This document shows positions 31,496 through 41,068 of a DNA stretch of 64,000 bases, in pieces. The notes beneath the pieces are model-generated. The model did no database searches, was not told the DNA's origin, and saw only the letters and a list, made by a program, of their open reading frames with translations. This DNA is from a bacterium. Lineage in GTDB: Bacteria > Electryoneota > Electryoneia > Electryoneales > Electryoneaceae. Every line of letters begins with the position of its first letter. The stretch's first letter is position 1. Location of the stretch: assembly GCA_963675295.2 (NCBI GenBank), contig CAXXKJ010000002.1:2752001-2816000 (forward strand). The letters run 5' to 3'. The translations under genes were made by a program, and so were the position numbers.

Positions 31496-31852
31496 AGCAG
31501 CCCGGTTCCACAGGGAGCTTCTAAGAGTCGAAAGCGGCCACAGGTCAAATACCTTGACCATGTGGCCGTTTGTCGCTCAGGGGCGCTCTATTGGCCTTTC
31601 TGGCGTGTAGAATCTCAAGCAGCGTACAGGAAAGCGATCAGGGATGTGGTTATGGTACGAGTTACACTATTTGATTTCGAATCCGGCAGAAGGCCCATCC
31701 CGCATGGCTTTCGCCGCTCTAAATTTGGTGCAAATGAGGTGCAGTGAGGACAACAAACTGCCATATTCAGCAAACAGCGCCAAGAGTTAACCTCTTAAAG
31801 AAACAATTGGTAACAATTGCAGCTTGTTGTGATATATGGTATTGCTAAGACT
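31441..31852 (+). repeat. Internal copy of the element's right arm
   Basis: Collinear with ~43554-43965: CTD 3' end, CGGCCACAGGTC..ATGTGGCCG hairpin, TCGAATCCGG, ATTTGGTGCAAATGAGGTGCAGTG, TGCTAAGACT; stop-to-core distance 354 nt in both. Confidence 0.85.
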
Positions 31853-31895
31853 ACGGATCAGGAGGTTTGGGGTTCGAATCCCTACAAGAGTACCA
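31849..31895 (+). pseudogene. 3' half of tRNA-Arg(ACG), relic att site
   Basis: GA-CTACGGA-TCAGG anticodon arm, TGGGG-TTCGAAT-CCCTA T-arm, ends ACCA; no D-arm or 5' acceptor strand upstream. Confidence 0.85.
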
Positions 31896-31899
31896 TATG

Positions 31900-31930
31900 A
31901 AAGGGTCAGGCAGCTGCCTGACCCTTTTTC
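31900..31930. terminator. Bidirectional terminator
   Basis: Perfect 28-bp palindrome AAAGGGTCAGGCAGCTGCCTGACCCTTT. Confidence 0.75.
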
Positions 31931-32476
31931 GTAGCGCAAGACGGACTAGATTCAGAAAACGAATCGAACTCGGAAAGAAACCAGATCAACCACTGGATCA
32001 CTGGGTATAGTCATCCGTCCTTCCGCATCGATACCCCAATGATCGCCGAGGCGCAAGTTCAGCCCCGCAAACGCGTGTCCCTTGAACAATAGCGAGGTTC
32101 GGCTGTGCTGTTCGAGTAATCCGCCCGCGAACACGGTTGAATATTTGCCATGCATCCCGGGACCCGCTGACAGAACAAAGGTCAACCTGGACAATACGGG
32201 GAAATCATGCCGTGCAAGGGCGAACAAGGAACTGACACCTATCATTGTCCTCGTGATGTCCTCTTTTTTTATTGCGACTAGAGTCTCGAACCGAAGTTCA
32301 GGATCTAGCAACCACTCGGTATCTAATCGCCATTGGCTTCCTCCCTGCCAAGCGGTGTCCATGTACCCAAACGGATATGCTACGGCAGCGCTGATAGAGA
32401 ATTGGGACTGCATGCCCTGACAGTCTTGTGGCACCAGCAAGAGGATGCTCAAAATCGCCAGACATGTAAAAATAAA

Positions 32477-33003
32477 CTACCCCGCAGCAAGCTACGGGGT
32501 ATCGACTACTCACAGCTCAAGTCGACTTTGATGTAGCGGCTGGTAGTTAGCTTCTGTACCTTGGTTCATAACGTATTTTCTGATTGTATTTTCGTCACCG
32601 TGCGGACCTACGGTGGATATATAATAACCTTTTGTCCAAAATTCCCCACCCCAGAGCTGCTTTTTAACTTTGGGTTGTCGGATAAACATCTCTCGTGCTG
32701 TTATGCTCTTTATAGTTCGTACTAATTTTGTAGCACTCATGGTTGGCACGGATTGCACTAAGAAATGCACATGATCTCTATCTATTCCAATTTCTATAAA
32801 TTCTATTTCATAACGTTTTTGGATTTCAAAGCAGATATCCTTTAATGTTAAATCTATCTCAGGTTCATCAAATACAACACGACGGTATTTCGCTACACAT
32901 ACAAGATGGTATAGCAATATCGATACGTTGTGTTGTTTTCGGATCAGCTCAGACATTCCACAAGAAACCAACTGCAGCTGGCCGAAGCAAGCTTCGGGGC
33001 ATC
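32477..33003 (-). mobile_element. IS200/IS605-family insertion sequence (tnpA only)
   Basis: Subterminal hairpins TACCCCGCAGCAAGCTACGGGGTA and CCGAAGCAAGCTTCGG; AT-rich; ends approximate. Confidence 0.8.
32510..32956 (-). CDS. tnpA: Y1 HUH transposase
   Basis: YHLVCVAKYRR, DHVHFL (HUH), LWGGEFW..GYY, YV.NQ. Confidence 0.92.
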   Translation of the reverse strand: MSELIRKQHNVSILLYHLVCVAKYRRVVFDEPEIDLTLKDICFEIQKRYEIEFIEIGIDRDHVHFLVQSVPTMSATKLVRTIKSITAREMFIRQPKVKKQLWGGEFWTKGYYISTVGPHGDENTIRKYVMNQGTEANYQPLHQSRLEL

Positions 33004-33047
33004 AACCGCACTGGAGTGAAACATGTACTTGCGTATCATCATCATCC

Positions 33048-33515
33048 TCACGATTTCAGCTCGATGACCAGCACCATGTGTGAGCTGCTGTTTGTCTTGG
33101 GGACAACGGGTTCTGTTTCAACAGGATCATCCCCACCCCCTGTTTTGTATACATGTTCGCCACTCAGGGAAGCGATACCACCGATATACACGGCCAGGAG
33201 ATAAATGCCGTCATCGACCGAATGATTGTCATCATCGGTGTAATCCCACTGCACGGTGTGAACGCCGGCAGCAAACATGCCCTTTGCAAGATCACGGACC
33301 AACTTGCCGCTGGGCTCGTAAACGGCAATCGAGGCCGAGGATGAAGCAGCCAGGGAAAATTCAATCTCGATCGGAACATCCCGGTTGGTGACTACGACAT
33401 CGACATCGTCCTCATCATACAGCGTCGGTTCGACAAGGTTCTCTGTGTCACAGCCGCACAGCAAGCCAATCAGTATCAACAATGGAATCCACGGAAGTAG
33501 CGCATGTCGTCGCAT
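33048..33515 (-). CDS. Lipoprotein with FlgD-like Ig domain
   Basis: LCGC lipobox; IAVYEPSGKLVRDL..G...G.HTVQWD.TDD....DGIY. Confidence 0.7.
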   Translation of the reverse strand: MRRHALLPWIPLLILIGLLCGCDTENLVEPTLYDEDDVDVVVTNRDVPIEIEFSLAASSSASIAVYEPSGKLVRDLAKGMFAAGVHTVQWDYTDDDNHSVDDGIYLLAVYIGGIASLSGEHVYKTGGGDDPVETEPVVPKTNSSSHMVLVIELKS

Positions 33516-33576
33516 GTTGTCCCCCTACAAGGGGCCTGCCAGGTTCGACAGGCCCACATTGCGTGCTCAGATGGAT

Positions 33577-35436
33577 TTATCGGACCAGCATCACCTTCTG
33601 GACGTCGTTCAACTCGCCAGGTACAACCGTGCGGATGAAAAACAGTCCGCTGGCCAAGTGAGATGCGTCAAACACCAGCCCATGTGTGCCGGCGGAGTGT
33701 TCTCCATCAGCCAGTTGCATCACGAATTGGCCGGTGACGTTGTACACCGCGACGCTTAGATCGGCTGTTTCGGGAAGGTTGACATGAATCGTGGTCGTTG
33801 GATTAAACGGGTTGGGATAGGCGGCGCTGCACTCATACTGCAACGGCAACCCATCGTTGTCAGATGCTTTGGTTGTTACAGCTGAATGGGTGAACGCAGA
33901 GTGAACACCATCCGCTCGCCAGTGTGTACTTGAGTTGCCGGGAGCTGTGTTTCCCGCGACGATTTCAAAATCAAACTCGTCGCTGCCTACGACCGCATAC
34001 GGGAAACGTCCGGCGTACATGCGGTAGGTATAGGAACCAAGCGGAGCATTTCCGGGGATTTGTTGCCCGAGACCTGATGCGAAGAGTACACCGCCCGGAG
34101 CGATCGGTAGTTGTTCGATCAACCACACAGGCCCGTATTCATCGCCATTGGGAAGGACCGCTACGGTCCAGATGTCGACATAGCGGAATGTGGGTAGCAG
34201 GCTGTGAATGACCGCGTCATATTGAAAGTACCCACCGCGCTGGACATGCAACATCGGCTGAGCGATCAGAGTCACATCGAACAGGTTTGGCAACTCAACT
34301 GGTCCAACCTGCTCCCACAGGGTGATTTCCTGGGCGTAGACTGCGGATCCTAGCACGTCGATGTCGCCGTCTTCATCCATATCCATGGCGAGCACATAGA
34401 ATGCACCATCGAAGTCGCCGTCGATTGTATGCTCGGTCCAGTTTGCCACATTGTTCGTGCCATCGTTCTCCCACCACGCAACCTCACCGCCGGTGACGGC
34501 TGTTGCGAGAATGTCGGTGTCACCATCTCCATCAACGTCTGACGCATACACACCTGCTGCCCAGTCAAAATCATCGCATACGGTGTGTTCGATCCAGTTG
34601 TCGACATTGTTGGTGCCGTCATTCTCCCACCACGTGACATCATCGTCATCCCGGCAGGTACCGAGCACATCGATGTCACCGTCACCATCCATATCTTCAG
34701 CGTAGACATACTGAGCCCCGGTGAACGCCCCGTCAATTGTGTGTTCGGTCCAATTGTCGACGTTGTTGGTGCCGTCATTTTCCCACCACGTGATGTCGTC
34801 GGCGTAGGATGCGGCTCCCAGAATGTCAATATCTCCGTCGTCGTCAACGTCTCGTGCGTAGATCCCATTTGCCCCGTCGAAAGCACCATCGACCGTGTGT
34901 TCGGTCCAGTTGTCGACGTTGTTGGTCCCATCATTTTCCCACCACGTGACATCATCGTCATCTTTCGCAGCTCCGAGCACATCTACATCACCGTCGCTGT
35001 CGACATCGATCGCGAACACACAGTGTGCGCTGTTGTAAGCGTTGTCGACCACATGTTCGACCCATACCTCGGTGTTACCGGCCCCGTCGCTTTCCCACCA
35101 GACGATTCGATCACCGAGCTTGTCTGCACATAACACATCGGTGTCACCATCTCCATCAACATCGATTGCATAGACATAAAATGGATCGATAACGGACGAT
35201 CCGACCAGATGCATCGTCCAATCGGCCAGATTGTTTGTGCCGTCATTCTCAAACCAGACGACCTCATCGTTGTTAATGATCCCAGCGATGATATCGATAT
35301 CACCATCGCCGTTCATATCGGTCGCATGCACCGAGCGGCAGTCAAACACACCATCCGCGGAGTGTTCGATCCATTGCTGAGCAGCTGCCAGAACCGGCAG
35401 CAAAATCGCAACCAAGACACACACTTTCACCTTCAT
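33577..35436 (-). CDS. Secreted FG-GAP repeat protein with T9SS-type CTD
   Basis: Signal peptide; seven repeats, several near-identical WWENDGTNNVDNW; YPNPFN..VQKVMLVR. Confidence 0.85.
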   Translation of the reverse strand: MKVKVCVLVAILLPVLAAAQQWIEHSADGVFDCRSVHATDMNGDGDIDIIAGIINNDEVVWFENDGTNNLADWTMHLVGSSVIDPFYVYAIDVDGDGDTDVLCADKLGDRIVWWESDGAGNTEVWVEHVVDNAYNSAHCVFAIDVDSDGDVDVLGAAKDDDDVTWWENDGTNNVDNWTEHTVDGAFDGANGIYARDVDDDGDIDILGAASYADDITWWENDGTNNVDNWTEHTIDGAFTGAQYVYAEDMDGDGDIDVLGTCRDDDDVTWWENDGTNNVDNWIEHTVCDDFDWAAGVYASDVDGDGDTDILATAVTGGEVAWWENDGTNNVANWTEHTIDGDFDGAFYVLAMDMDEDGDIDVLGSAVYAQEITLWEQVGPVELPNLFDVTLIAQPMLHVQRGGYFQYDAVIHSLLPTFRYVDIWTVAVLPNGDEYGPVWLIEQLPIAPGGVLFASGLGQQIPGNAPLGSYTYRMYAGRFPYAVVGSDEFDFEIVAGNTAPGNSSTHWRADGVHSAFTHSAVTTKASDNDGLPLQYECSAAYPNPFNPTTTIHVNLPETADLSVAVYNVTGQFVMQLADGEHSAGTHGLVFDASHLASGLFFIRTVVPGELNDVQKVMLVR

Positions 35437-35481
35437 GATTTCCCCCAGTACTTGTCTTCGCTATTCCTTTCCTTCTTATAG

Positions 35482-35497
35482 TGCAAGTGTTGCGCCA
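35482..35497 (-). promoter_or_regulatory. Sigma-54 (-24/-12) promoter of the FG-GAP gene
   Basis: Minus strand TGGCGCAACACTTGCA vs consensus TGGCAC-N5-TTGCW. Confidence 0.8.
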
Positions 35498-35525
35498 GAT
35501 AGTACGGAGCACCTACACTTTTATT

Positions 35526-35538
35526 AATCAATGATTTA
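35526..35538 (+). promoter_or_regulatory. IHF-like site
   Basis: AATCAATGATTTA matches WATCAANNNNTTR, between promoter and palindrome. Confidence 0.55.
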
Positions 35539-35569
35539 ACCTAGAAAGACGTAGGAGGAGAAGTCAATG

Positions 35570-35609
35570 TGTCATCTCAGGATGACAGGGGTGTAATCTC
35601 GGGATTGCG
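35570..35609. promoter_or_regulatory. Candidate enhancer (UAS): TGTC-N10-GACA plus weaker second site
   Basis: TGTCATC-TCAG-GATGACA palindrome 35570-35587; degenerate copy at 35592. Confidence 0.65.
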
Positions 35610-35690
35610 CGGAAAACCGGAAAACGGTCGGAAGGTTGACAAGCACTGGTGGGATCCTGCCAGTAACCAGGGAAGCCATTCCTGATGCTA

Positions 35691-37070
35691 TCAGGAATCA
35701 GATAGTTCGCGGAAGTCGGCAGGATCAAGGCCCAGGGTGGAGAATATCTTGTACAGGCTGGGTCTTTGAATACCAGAGCAACGGGCGACATCTGCCACTT
35801 TCCCACCTTCCCGTTTCAACAATTCCGTGAAATACCTTAGACGGAATTGCTGTAGCGCAGCCTCATAATCGATGTTACCATCGACTTCGCTTGGGGCGTT
35901 GTCGGCCAACCTCCCGAACATCAGTTTATCCGGCGTAATCTCGGTGCCTGTGGTTCGGATGCAGGCGGCTTCGAGCACGGCGAACAACTCGCGTACGTTT
36001 CCCGGCCAACTGTAGTTCATCAGCTGCTTCATTGTTTCTTTGGACAGCATGGGTGGGTTGTTCTGCCTCCCACGGATCTTCTTCTCAAGATAATAGGCGG
36101 CGAGAACAGGGATATCGTCCAGGTGTTCACGTAGCGGCGGCAGCTCGATCGGAAAAACGTGCAATCGGTAGTACAGGTCTTTGCGGAATGATCCGTCTTT
36201 GACTAGATCCTCCATATTCCGGTTGGTTGCCGCGATGATTCGTACATCAGCCGCTAGTGATCGCATCCCGCCGACACGTCGGAACTCGTGGGTTTCAATC
36301 ACTCGCAGAAGTTTCACCTGCATGTGTGTTGGCAGGTCGCCGATCTCGTCGAGGAACAACGTGCCGCCGTCTGCGATTTCGAAACAGCCAGCTTTTTTTC
36401 CGGTAGCACCGGTGAATGCCCCACGCTCGTGCCCGAAAATCTCACTTTCGAACAATTGCTCGGGCAAATCGGGCAAGGAAACCACGACAAAGGGCTTGTC
36501 TGCCCGTCCCGACAGCCGGTGCAGTTCGCGAGCGACAAGGTCTTTTCCTGTACCGGTTTCACCGGTGATGAGGACAGTGCTGTCCGTCGGGGCGGCTTGA
36601 CGGATCAGTTGCCGAACCTGCTCGACTGCCACATTCTGGCCGATATAGCCGCCGGCAGCCTGGTTCAGACGGTCTCGCAGATGCCCCAGTTCGCGACGCT
36701 GTGCCTTTCCATTCAGTGCACGCGAAATCATCGCGTCCAGTTCTTCCACGTCTGGCGACTTGCCGATATAGTCATCGGCGCCGAGTTTCATGGCACGGAC
36801 GACTGAATTCAAGTCCCGCAGCTTGGAGATCATGAAAACAGGTAGCAGGGGATCGATCGATTTGATCTTTGTGAGGACTTCAAGACCGTCCAATCGTTTC
36901 GGACCGAAATCAATGTCCAATAGTACCGCGTCAGGTGTGTATTCTTCCAGCTTTGCTATCGCCTCTTCACCACTCTCGCACTCCTGGATCTCATACTGAT
37001 CACGAAGTACAAGGGCTAGTGTTCTGCGGAATCCATTGTCGTCGTCAACCAGCAGGATGTGACGCTTCAT
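35691..37070 (-). CDS. Sigma-54-dependent response regulator (NtrC family)
   Basis: REC (LVDDD, LLDI), GETGTGKD, GAFTGA, FLDEIGD, WPGNVREL, Fis-type HTH. Confidence 0.95.
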   Translation of the reverse strand: MKRHILLVDDDNGFRRTLALVLRDQYEIQECESGEEAIAKLEEYTPDAVLLDIDFGPKRLDGLEVLTKIKSIDPLLPVFMISKLRDLNSVVRAMKLGADDYIGKSPDVEELDAMISRALNGKAQRRELGHLRDRLNQAAGGYIGQNVAVEQVRQLIRQAAPTDSTVLITGETGTGKDLVARELHRLSGRADKPFVVVSLPDLPEQLFESEIFGHERGAFTGATGKKAGCFEIADGGTLFLDEIGDLPTHMQVKLLRVIETHEFRRVGGMRSLAADVRIIAATNRNMEDLVKDGSFRKDLYYRLHVFPIELPPLREHLDDIPVLAAYYLEKKIRGRQNNPPMLSKETMKQLMNYSWPGNVRELFAVLEAACIRTTGTEITPDKLMFGRLADNAPSEVDGNIDYEAALQQFRLRYFTELLKREGGKVADVARCSGIQRPSLYKIFSTLGLDPADFRELSDS

Positions 37071-40000
37071 TGACTGGCTCCGCTTTTCTCGGCGTATCTC
37101 AACTCGATTCGCATGGTCGTACCCTGATCGGCCGATGATTCAGCAACGTAAATCGTGCCACCGAACCGTTGCAACAATTCCTTACTGCGATACAATCCGA
37201 AACCACCTCCCTCACCTCCGCCTTGGGCAGAAGTACTGAATGAGGCATCAAAGATGGCTTCCCAAAACTCCTCTTTGATGCCTGGTCCCGAATCGATAAC
37301 GTCCACCCTGACCATGACGGCAGACTGCTGCACCTGCAGACGCAGTTGCCTGGTCGTCCTGTTGGCCAGTACCCGCAGGCTGTTTTGAACCAGGTTGTCC
37401 AGCACGAACATCAGGTGTTGGCGGGGCAGCCTGACGAGCACATCTGCGGAATCGGTGTCAACCCTCAGTGTAATTCCCTTGGCAGCGATTTCGGATTCAT
37501 ATCGTTTCAGAACATCAGCAAGAACATCCGCCAGTACGGACGAGAACTCCGGCGACAGTTCAGCGCGCAAGCGGTCAATGCTCTCGTCAAGGTTTTCCAG
37601 CAGGTTCAACGTTTTCTCTGCATGCGGAATCTCTCCACGGACGATCGTGTCTTCCACTCGGCGCAGCCTCTGGTCCAACGTCCGCAGACGATCATTCAGC
37701 AGGTGCCCGTTCCCGCCGTTGACCTTCGTTGCTCGAGCCAGATGATCGATTCGCTGCAATGCTGGAAAGGTGTAGGTCTGAATCTGACTGATCAGCTCGT
37801 GAATGTGTCCTGCCAGTTCCGGACCGGGTTGCGTCGAACGATGGGACAGGTTCTGCAACAGGAATTTGAGACTGTCGACCGGACTTTCGACCTGCTTGTT
37901 CTGGTGCCGGAACTGAATCAGCTCGAGGTACAGCTGTTCACGATCCGTGTGACTGTGCGTTCGCTTCCGTGCCACTGCCCCGGGAATGGTCACCGTAGCG
38001 AATACGATCAGCGAGGCCCCGACATACCCGGCAACGAACCAGGGATAGAATCCCCAGAAGATGTACATCGCGAACAGCACAAAGGCTGCGAGCATCGCCA
38101 GTTTGCTGAGCGGTCGGCGCTTTTTCGGCCACAACCAGCCCATTAACAAGGCTGCCAACAGCAGCGGAAGACCCTGAAGCCAGAGTGGCAACCTTTTCAC
38201 CAGGTGCTGCACTGATGTTCGCCACAGAATCATCGGCGTCGCGACTGCCAGCTGGAACAATTGAGATCCAGATTCCACCACGGTGACAGTTGAACCCGCA
38301 CGGATGCCAGTCCTTAAGATTCGCAGTCCGGATGGGAAGACACATTCGAGATCAACGAGCCTTTGTTCGCCGGTTCCGAAGTGGATGGTTCTACTGGAGT
38401 GCGATGATTTTCCGCCGGTCTCAGCGGCTTGCCTGTATCCGAGCAATGCGTCCGACTCACCGAGACGACCATGGTGAAACAGTCGAACAACCGCCCCGAT
38501 TCCGTCACGGTTTGACTGAGTTCCGATCAGGTTCACTTTTAGGAATTGATTGTTATTGCATGGGTTGAGCTTCACTCGGTAATTGAGAAAATAGTCAACG
38601 ATGACGATGTCCAGATCGCCGTCATCATCGAGATCGCCACTAAGCAATCCATTCCCACCGCCAGAATCTTCAAATCCCGAGCCGATGATCTCATTCTTGA
38701 AACTGCCGTCTCCGTTGTTGATGAACAGGGCATTTTCCATGTCCACGTTCAGCAGGTACAGATCCAGCCACCCATCTTGATTCAGATCGAGAAATTCCGC
38801 TGCTTCGGTGGTGAAAGTCTGCGTGAGTGCAACCGAATCGGTGACATCGACAAATCCTTCTACTCCACGATTTTCAAGCAAGACGCCACTTTTACGATAG
38901 CTGTTCTCTGCTTCCGGATACCACGGCAGGTAGCAGGCATACAGGTCCAGATCTCCATCGTTGTCGTAATCCCCTTGACAGAATGTGTGATACGGATTGC
39001 CGCCCGGTTTTAATAGAATGTCCAACTGCTGTTCGGCAGCATTGAACTCAAATGCCCCCTGCCGGTAGTGAAGTTCGGTAAGCGGCGCATATAGATCAGA
39101 AATGCGATCCCCATCGTAGTCAGCAAATGCCGGGTGAGCAGTTCCGAGTCCATAGACCCAGTAGGCATCCAGACGGGAGTCAATGCGTTCATACCTTCGC
39201 TTTTTAACGGATTGAAACACATTGATTTTAAATTTGTTAACCTGATTCTCTTTCTTCCTGAAGTGATTGGCATAGCCATGATGAAGCAGGATATCCAGGT
39301 AACTGTCCTCGTCAAGATCCTGCACCAGAAAACCGGTCCAGTTCAATGGATCAGAAATGAAACCCCACCTTTCAGTCCCCGACTCAAATACTCCAGAACC
39401 ACGGTTTTCGAATAGCTGTGGCGGGCTTATGGCGTATTCGTTGGCCAGGAGGATATCCTGGTCGCCATCGTTGTCCAGATCGGCAAACAGCGCAGAGCTC
39501 CCCACTCCGATATCGCCGGCACCTTTCAATTTGGACTGGAAAAACTCTCCGTGACCGTTGTTAAGCAGCAACGGATTCGGATGCAGATGCGACGCGAAGT
39601 ACAGATCCAGGTCGCCATCACCGTCGGCATCTCCCAGCGCGGCAGCGTTGGGGTGGAATTTTGGCGAGTGGCTCAATTCATCCAGGGATTCGACAAGCGA
39701 GGGACTTGGATAATCCTCGAATGGACACAGGCGGGCGGGACCGACATAGATGTTATCCAGCCAGACATGCTGGATGCGTGTACCTCCGACATCGATTTCC
39801 AGCGAAGCCAGCCGGATGTTTCCAGCCAGGTCCGGGTATTGCGATTCAAGCAACCGTACGAGGCTGTCCACGGATACCGAAACACAATGCCATCGATTCG
39901 GTACCGTGGGTATCAGGCATTCATAGCTGAAGGTATACCGTGTACATGCATACCAATCGTAGTAGAACAGCCGTGAACTGTCCTGTGGCACCTTGAAATT

Positions 40001-40468
40001 CAGCCGCACGTTGGTGAAGTTCGTTTCCCACACGTCCGATACTTTCCATTCCCAGCGAAATGTGGTTGCTTCGTCGGGGCGAACATTCATCCAAGGTTGC
40101 AGGTCACGGCGAATCCTACAGCGTTGATTACCAGCCGGATCGAACAAGCTGACATCGAGACGCAACGTGGATGATCCGTCATGACCCGTGTTTGGTTCGA
40201 TGGAAAGGGACGTTGCCCCCGCCTCTTCGGCGATGTACCACGGCGAGGGAGTTGTCCGGTCGAACTCGTCAATCAGTGCGGTTATCTGTGCGGATGCTGA
40301 GGAAATTATGCACAGAGTCAGGATGGCCAGGAGCGCAATTGTTCCTGTTTCGTGCAGCGTTTGGCGTGATATATCTGGCATGCCCCACTTCATGCCCACT
40401 GTCCCCCAATTCGTCGGATTGAAGTGACTCTCCGATGAACCCAGGCAAGATATGTGCCTCATGATCAC
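37067..40468 (-). CDS. Membrane sensor histidine kinase with extracytoplasmic FG-GAP/ASPIC-UnbV (CRTAC1-like) domain; start may be downstream (~40393/40381)
   Basis: Signal peptide; DxDxDGDLD repeats; SNRDGIGA.V..HFG.G ASPIC motif; TM helices; N box LDNLVQNS, DSGPGI, FST, GGGFGL. Confidence 0.85.
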   Translation of the reverse strand: MIMRHISCLGSSESHFNPTNWGTVGMKWGMPDISRQTLHETGTIALLAILTLCIISSASAQITALIDEFDRTTPSPWYIAEEAGATSLSIEPNTGHDGSSTLRLDVSLFDPAGNQRCRIRRDLQPWMNVRPDEATTFRWEWKVSDVWETNFTNVRLNFKVPQDSSRLFYYDWYACTRYTFSYECLIPTVPNRWHCVSVSVDSLVRLLESQYPDLAGNIRLASLEIDVGGTRIQHVWLDNIYVGPARLCPFEDYPSPSLVESLDELSHSPKFHPNAAALGDADGDGDLDLYFASHLHPNPLLLNNGHGEFFQSKLKGAGDIGVGSSALFADLDNDGDQDILLANEYAISPPQLFENRGSGVFESGTERWGFISDPLNWTGFLVQDLDEDSYLDILLHHGYANHFRKKENQVNKFKINVFQSVKKRRYERIDSRLDAYWVYGLGTAHPAFADYDGDRISDLYAPLTELHYRQGAFEFNAAEQQLDILLKPGGNPYHTFCQGDYDNDGDLDLYACYLPWYPEAENSYRKSGVLLENRGVEGFVDVTDSVALTQTFTTEAAEFLDLNQDGWLDLYLLNVDMENALFINNGDGSFKNEIIGSGFEDSGGGNGLLSGDLDDDGDLDIVIVDYFLNYRVKLNPCNNNQFLKVNLIGTQSNRDGIGAVVRLFHHGRLGESDALLGYRQAAETGGKSSHSSRTIHFGTGEQRLVDLECVFPSGLRILRTGIRAGSTVTVVESGSQLFQLAVATPMILWRTSVQHLVKRLPLWLQGLPLLLAALLMGWLWPKKRRPLSKLAMLAAFVLFAMYIFWGFYPWFVAGYVGASLIVFATVTIPGAVARKRTHSHTDREQLYLELIQFRHQNKQVESPVDSLKFLLQNLSHRSTQPGPELAGHIHELISQIQTYTFPALQRIDHLARATKVNGGNGHLLNDRLRTLDQRLRRVEDTIVRGEIPHAEKTLNLLENLDESIDRLRAELSPEFSSVLADVLADVLKRYESEIAAKGITLRVDTDSADVLVRLPRQHLMFVLDNLVQNSLRVLANRTTRQLRLQVQQSAVMVRVDVIDSGPGIKEEFWEAIFDASFSTSAQGGGEGGGFGLYRSKELLQRFGGTIYVAESSADQGTTMRIELRYAEKSGASQ

Positions 40469-40531
40469 GAAGTAAAAAACGTTCCGCTATCCCGCATTTG
40501 TTCCTCCCCTGCAAAGCTCTCGACAGAAAAG

Positions 40532-40570
40532 TGTCTCCCACGTATGACAGGTTGTCAGCTGAAACAGACG
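40532..40570. promoter_or_regulatory. Tandem TGTC-N10-GACA sites
   Basis: TGTCTCCCACGTATGACA (40532) and TGTCAGCTGAAACAGACG (40553), 21 bp apart. Confidence 0.6.
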
Positions 40571-40644
40571 GATGCTTCATCGGCTCGCATGTTGGAATTT
40601 TCTAAACCATTGTTTATTCAAATCTTGTTTCCAACCTCAACCTC

Positions 40645-40660
40645 AGGCCCTGTGTTTGCG
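40645..40660 (+). promoter_or_regulatory. Candidate sigma-54 promoter
   Basis: AGGCCCTGTGTTTGCG (GG-N10-GC with TTGC), ~75 bp downstream of the tandem sites. Confidence 0.55.
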
Positions 40661-40671
40661 AATGTTGTGGC

Positions 40672-40878
40672 TGTCCAAGGGTGACGTAGTCGCGCGGACT
40701 GGATTCGTACAGGGGAAGGGCTCAGGGGCTACCTCCAGTGAATCTACCCGCGCCCAATGGAGACACGCACGGCGGTTCCGCTTTCCCCCGTGTGGTATGA
40801 AACCCAGCGCTGATCCACGGATGCGCGAAATAAGACGTGCAAGGAGGGGAGGTTGGGATTCGTCCCAGCCTCCTTTCT
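40672..40878 (+). ncRNA. Candidate ~200-nt small RNA (or small-peptide transcript)
   Basis: Lies between a candidate sigma-54 promoter and a strong terminator; only ~18-20 codon ORFs are contained; several GGA/AGGG motifs. Confidence 0.4.
40848..40878 (+). terminator. Intrinsic terminator
   Basis: GGAGGTTGGGA-TTCG-TCCCAGCCTCC-TTTCT. Confidence 0.7.
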
Positions 40879-40958
40879 GGTTCATCAAGGCGTCTTTGTC
40901 GGAGCACGGTTTCGAAACCTCCAGCAACCGATCCAGCAGTCCTGTTTCCAGGCAAACC

Positions 40959-40997
40959 TGTCTCCCTTGGAAAACAGTTTGTCATCCAGCGAAGACA
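40959..40997. promoter_or_regulatory. Tandem TGTC-N10-GACA sites
   Basis: TGTCTCCCTTGGAAAACA (40959) and TGTCATCCAGCGAAGACA (40980), 21 bp apart. Confidence 0.6.
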
Positions 40998-41068
40998 CTA
41001 TTGTGGTGCTTTACTCCCCACCGAATGCAAAGCATTTGATTCCACTGAAATTACCAATTCTGGTTTTT

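Larger units (their letters stand above)
31952..33045 (-). pseudogene. Small outer-membrane beta-barrel gene split by an IS in its signal peptide
   Basis: Removing 32477-33003 gives in-frame MIRKYMFHSSAVFIFTCLAILSILLL...; alternating beta-strands; terminal RVRFVF. Confidence 0.6.

Noticed and set aside
31849-31895. Functional tRNA-Arg gene
   Set aside because: 5' acceptor strand and D-arm are absent; upstream DNA is the att arm
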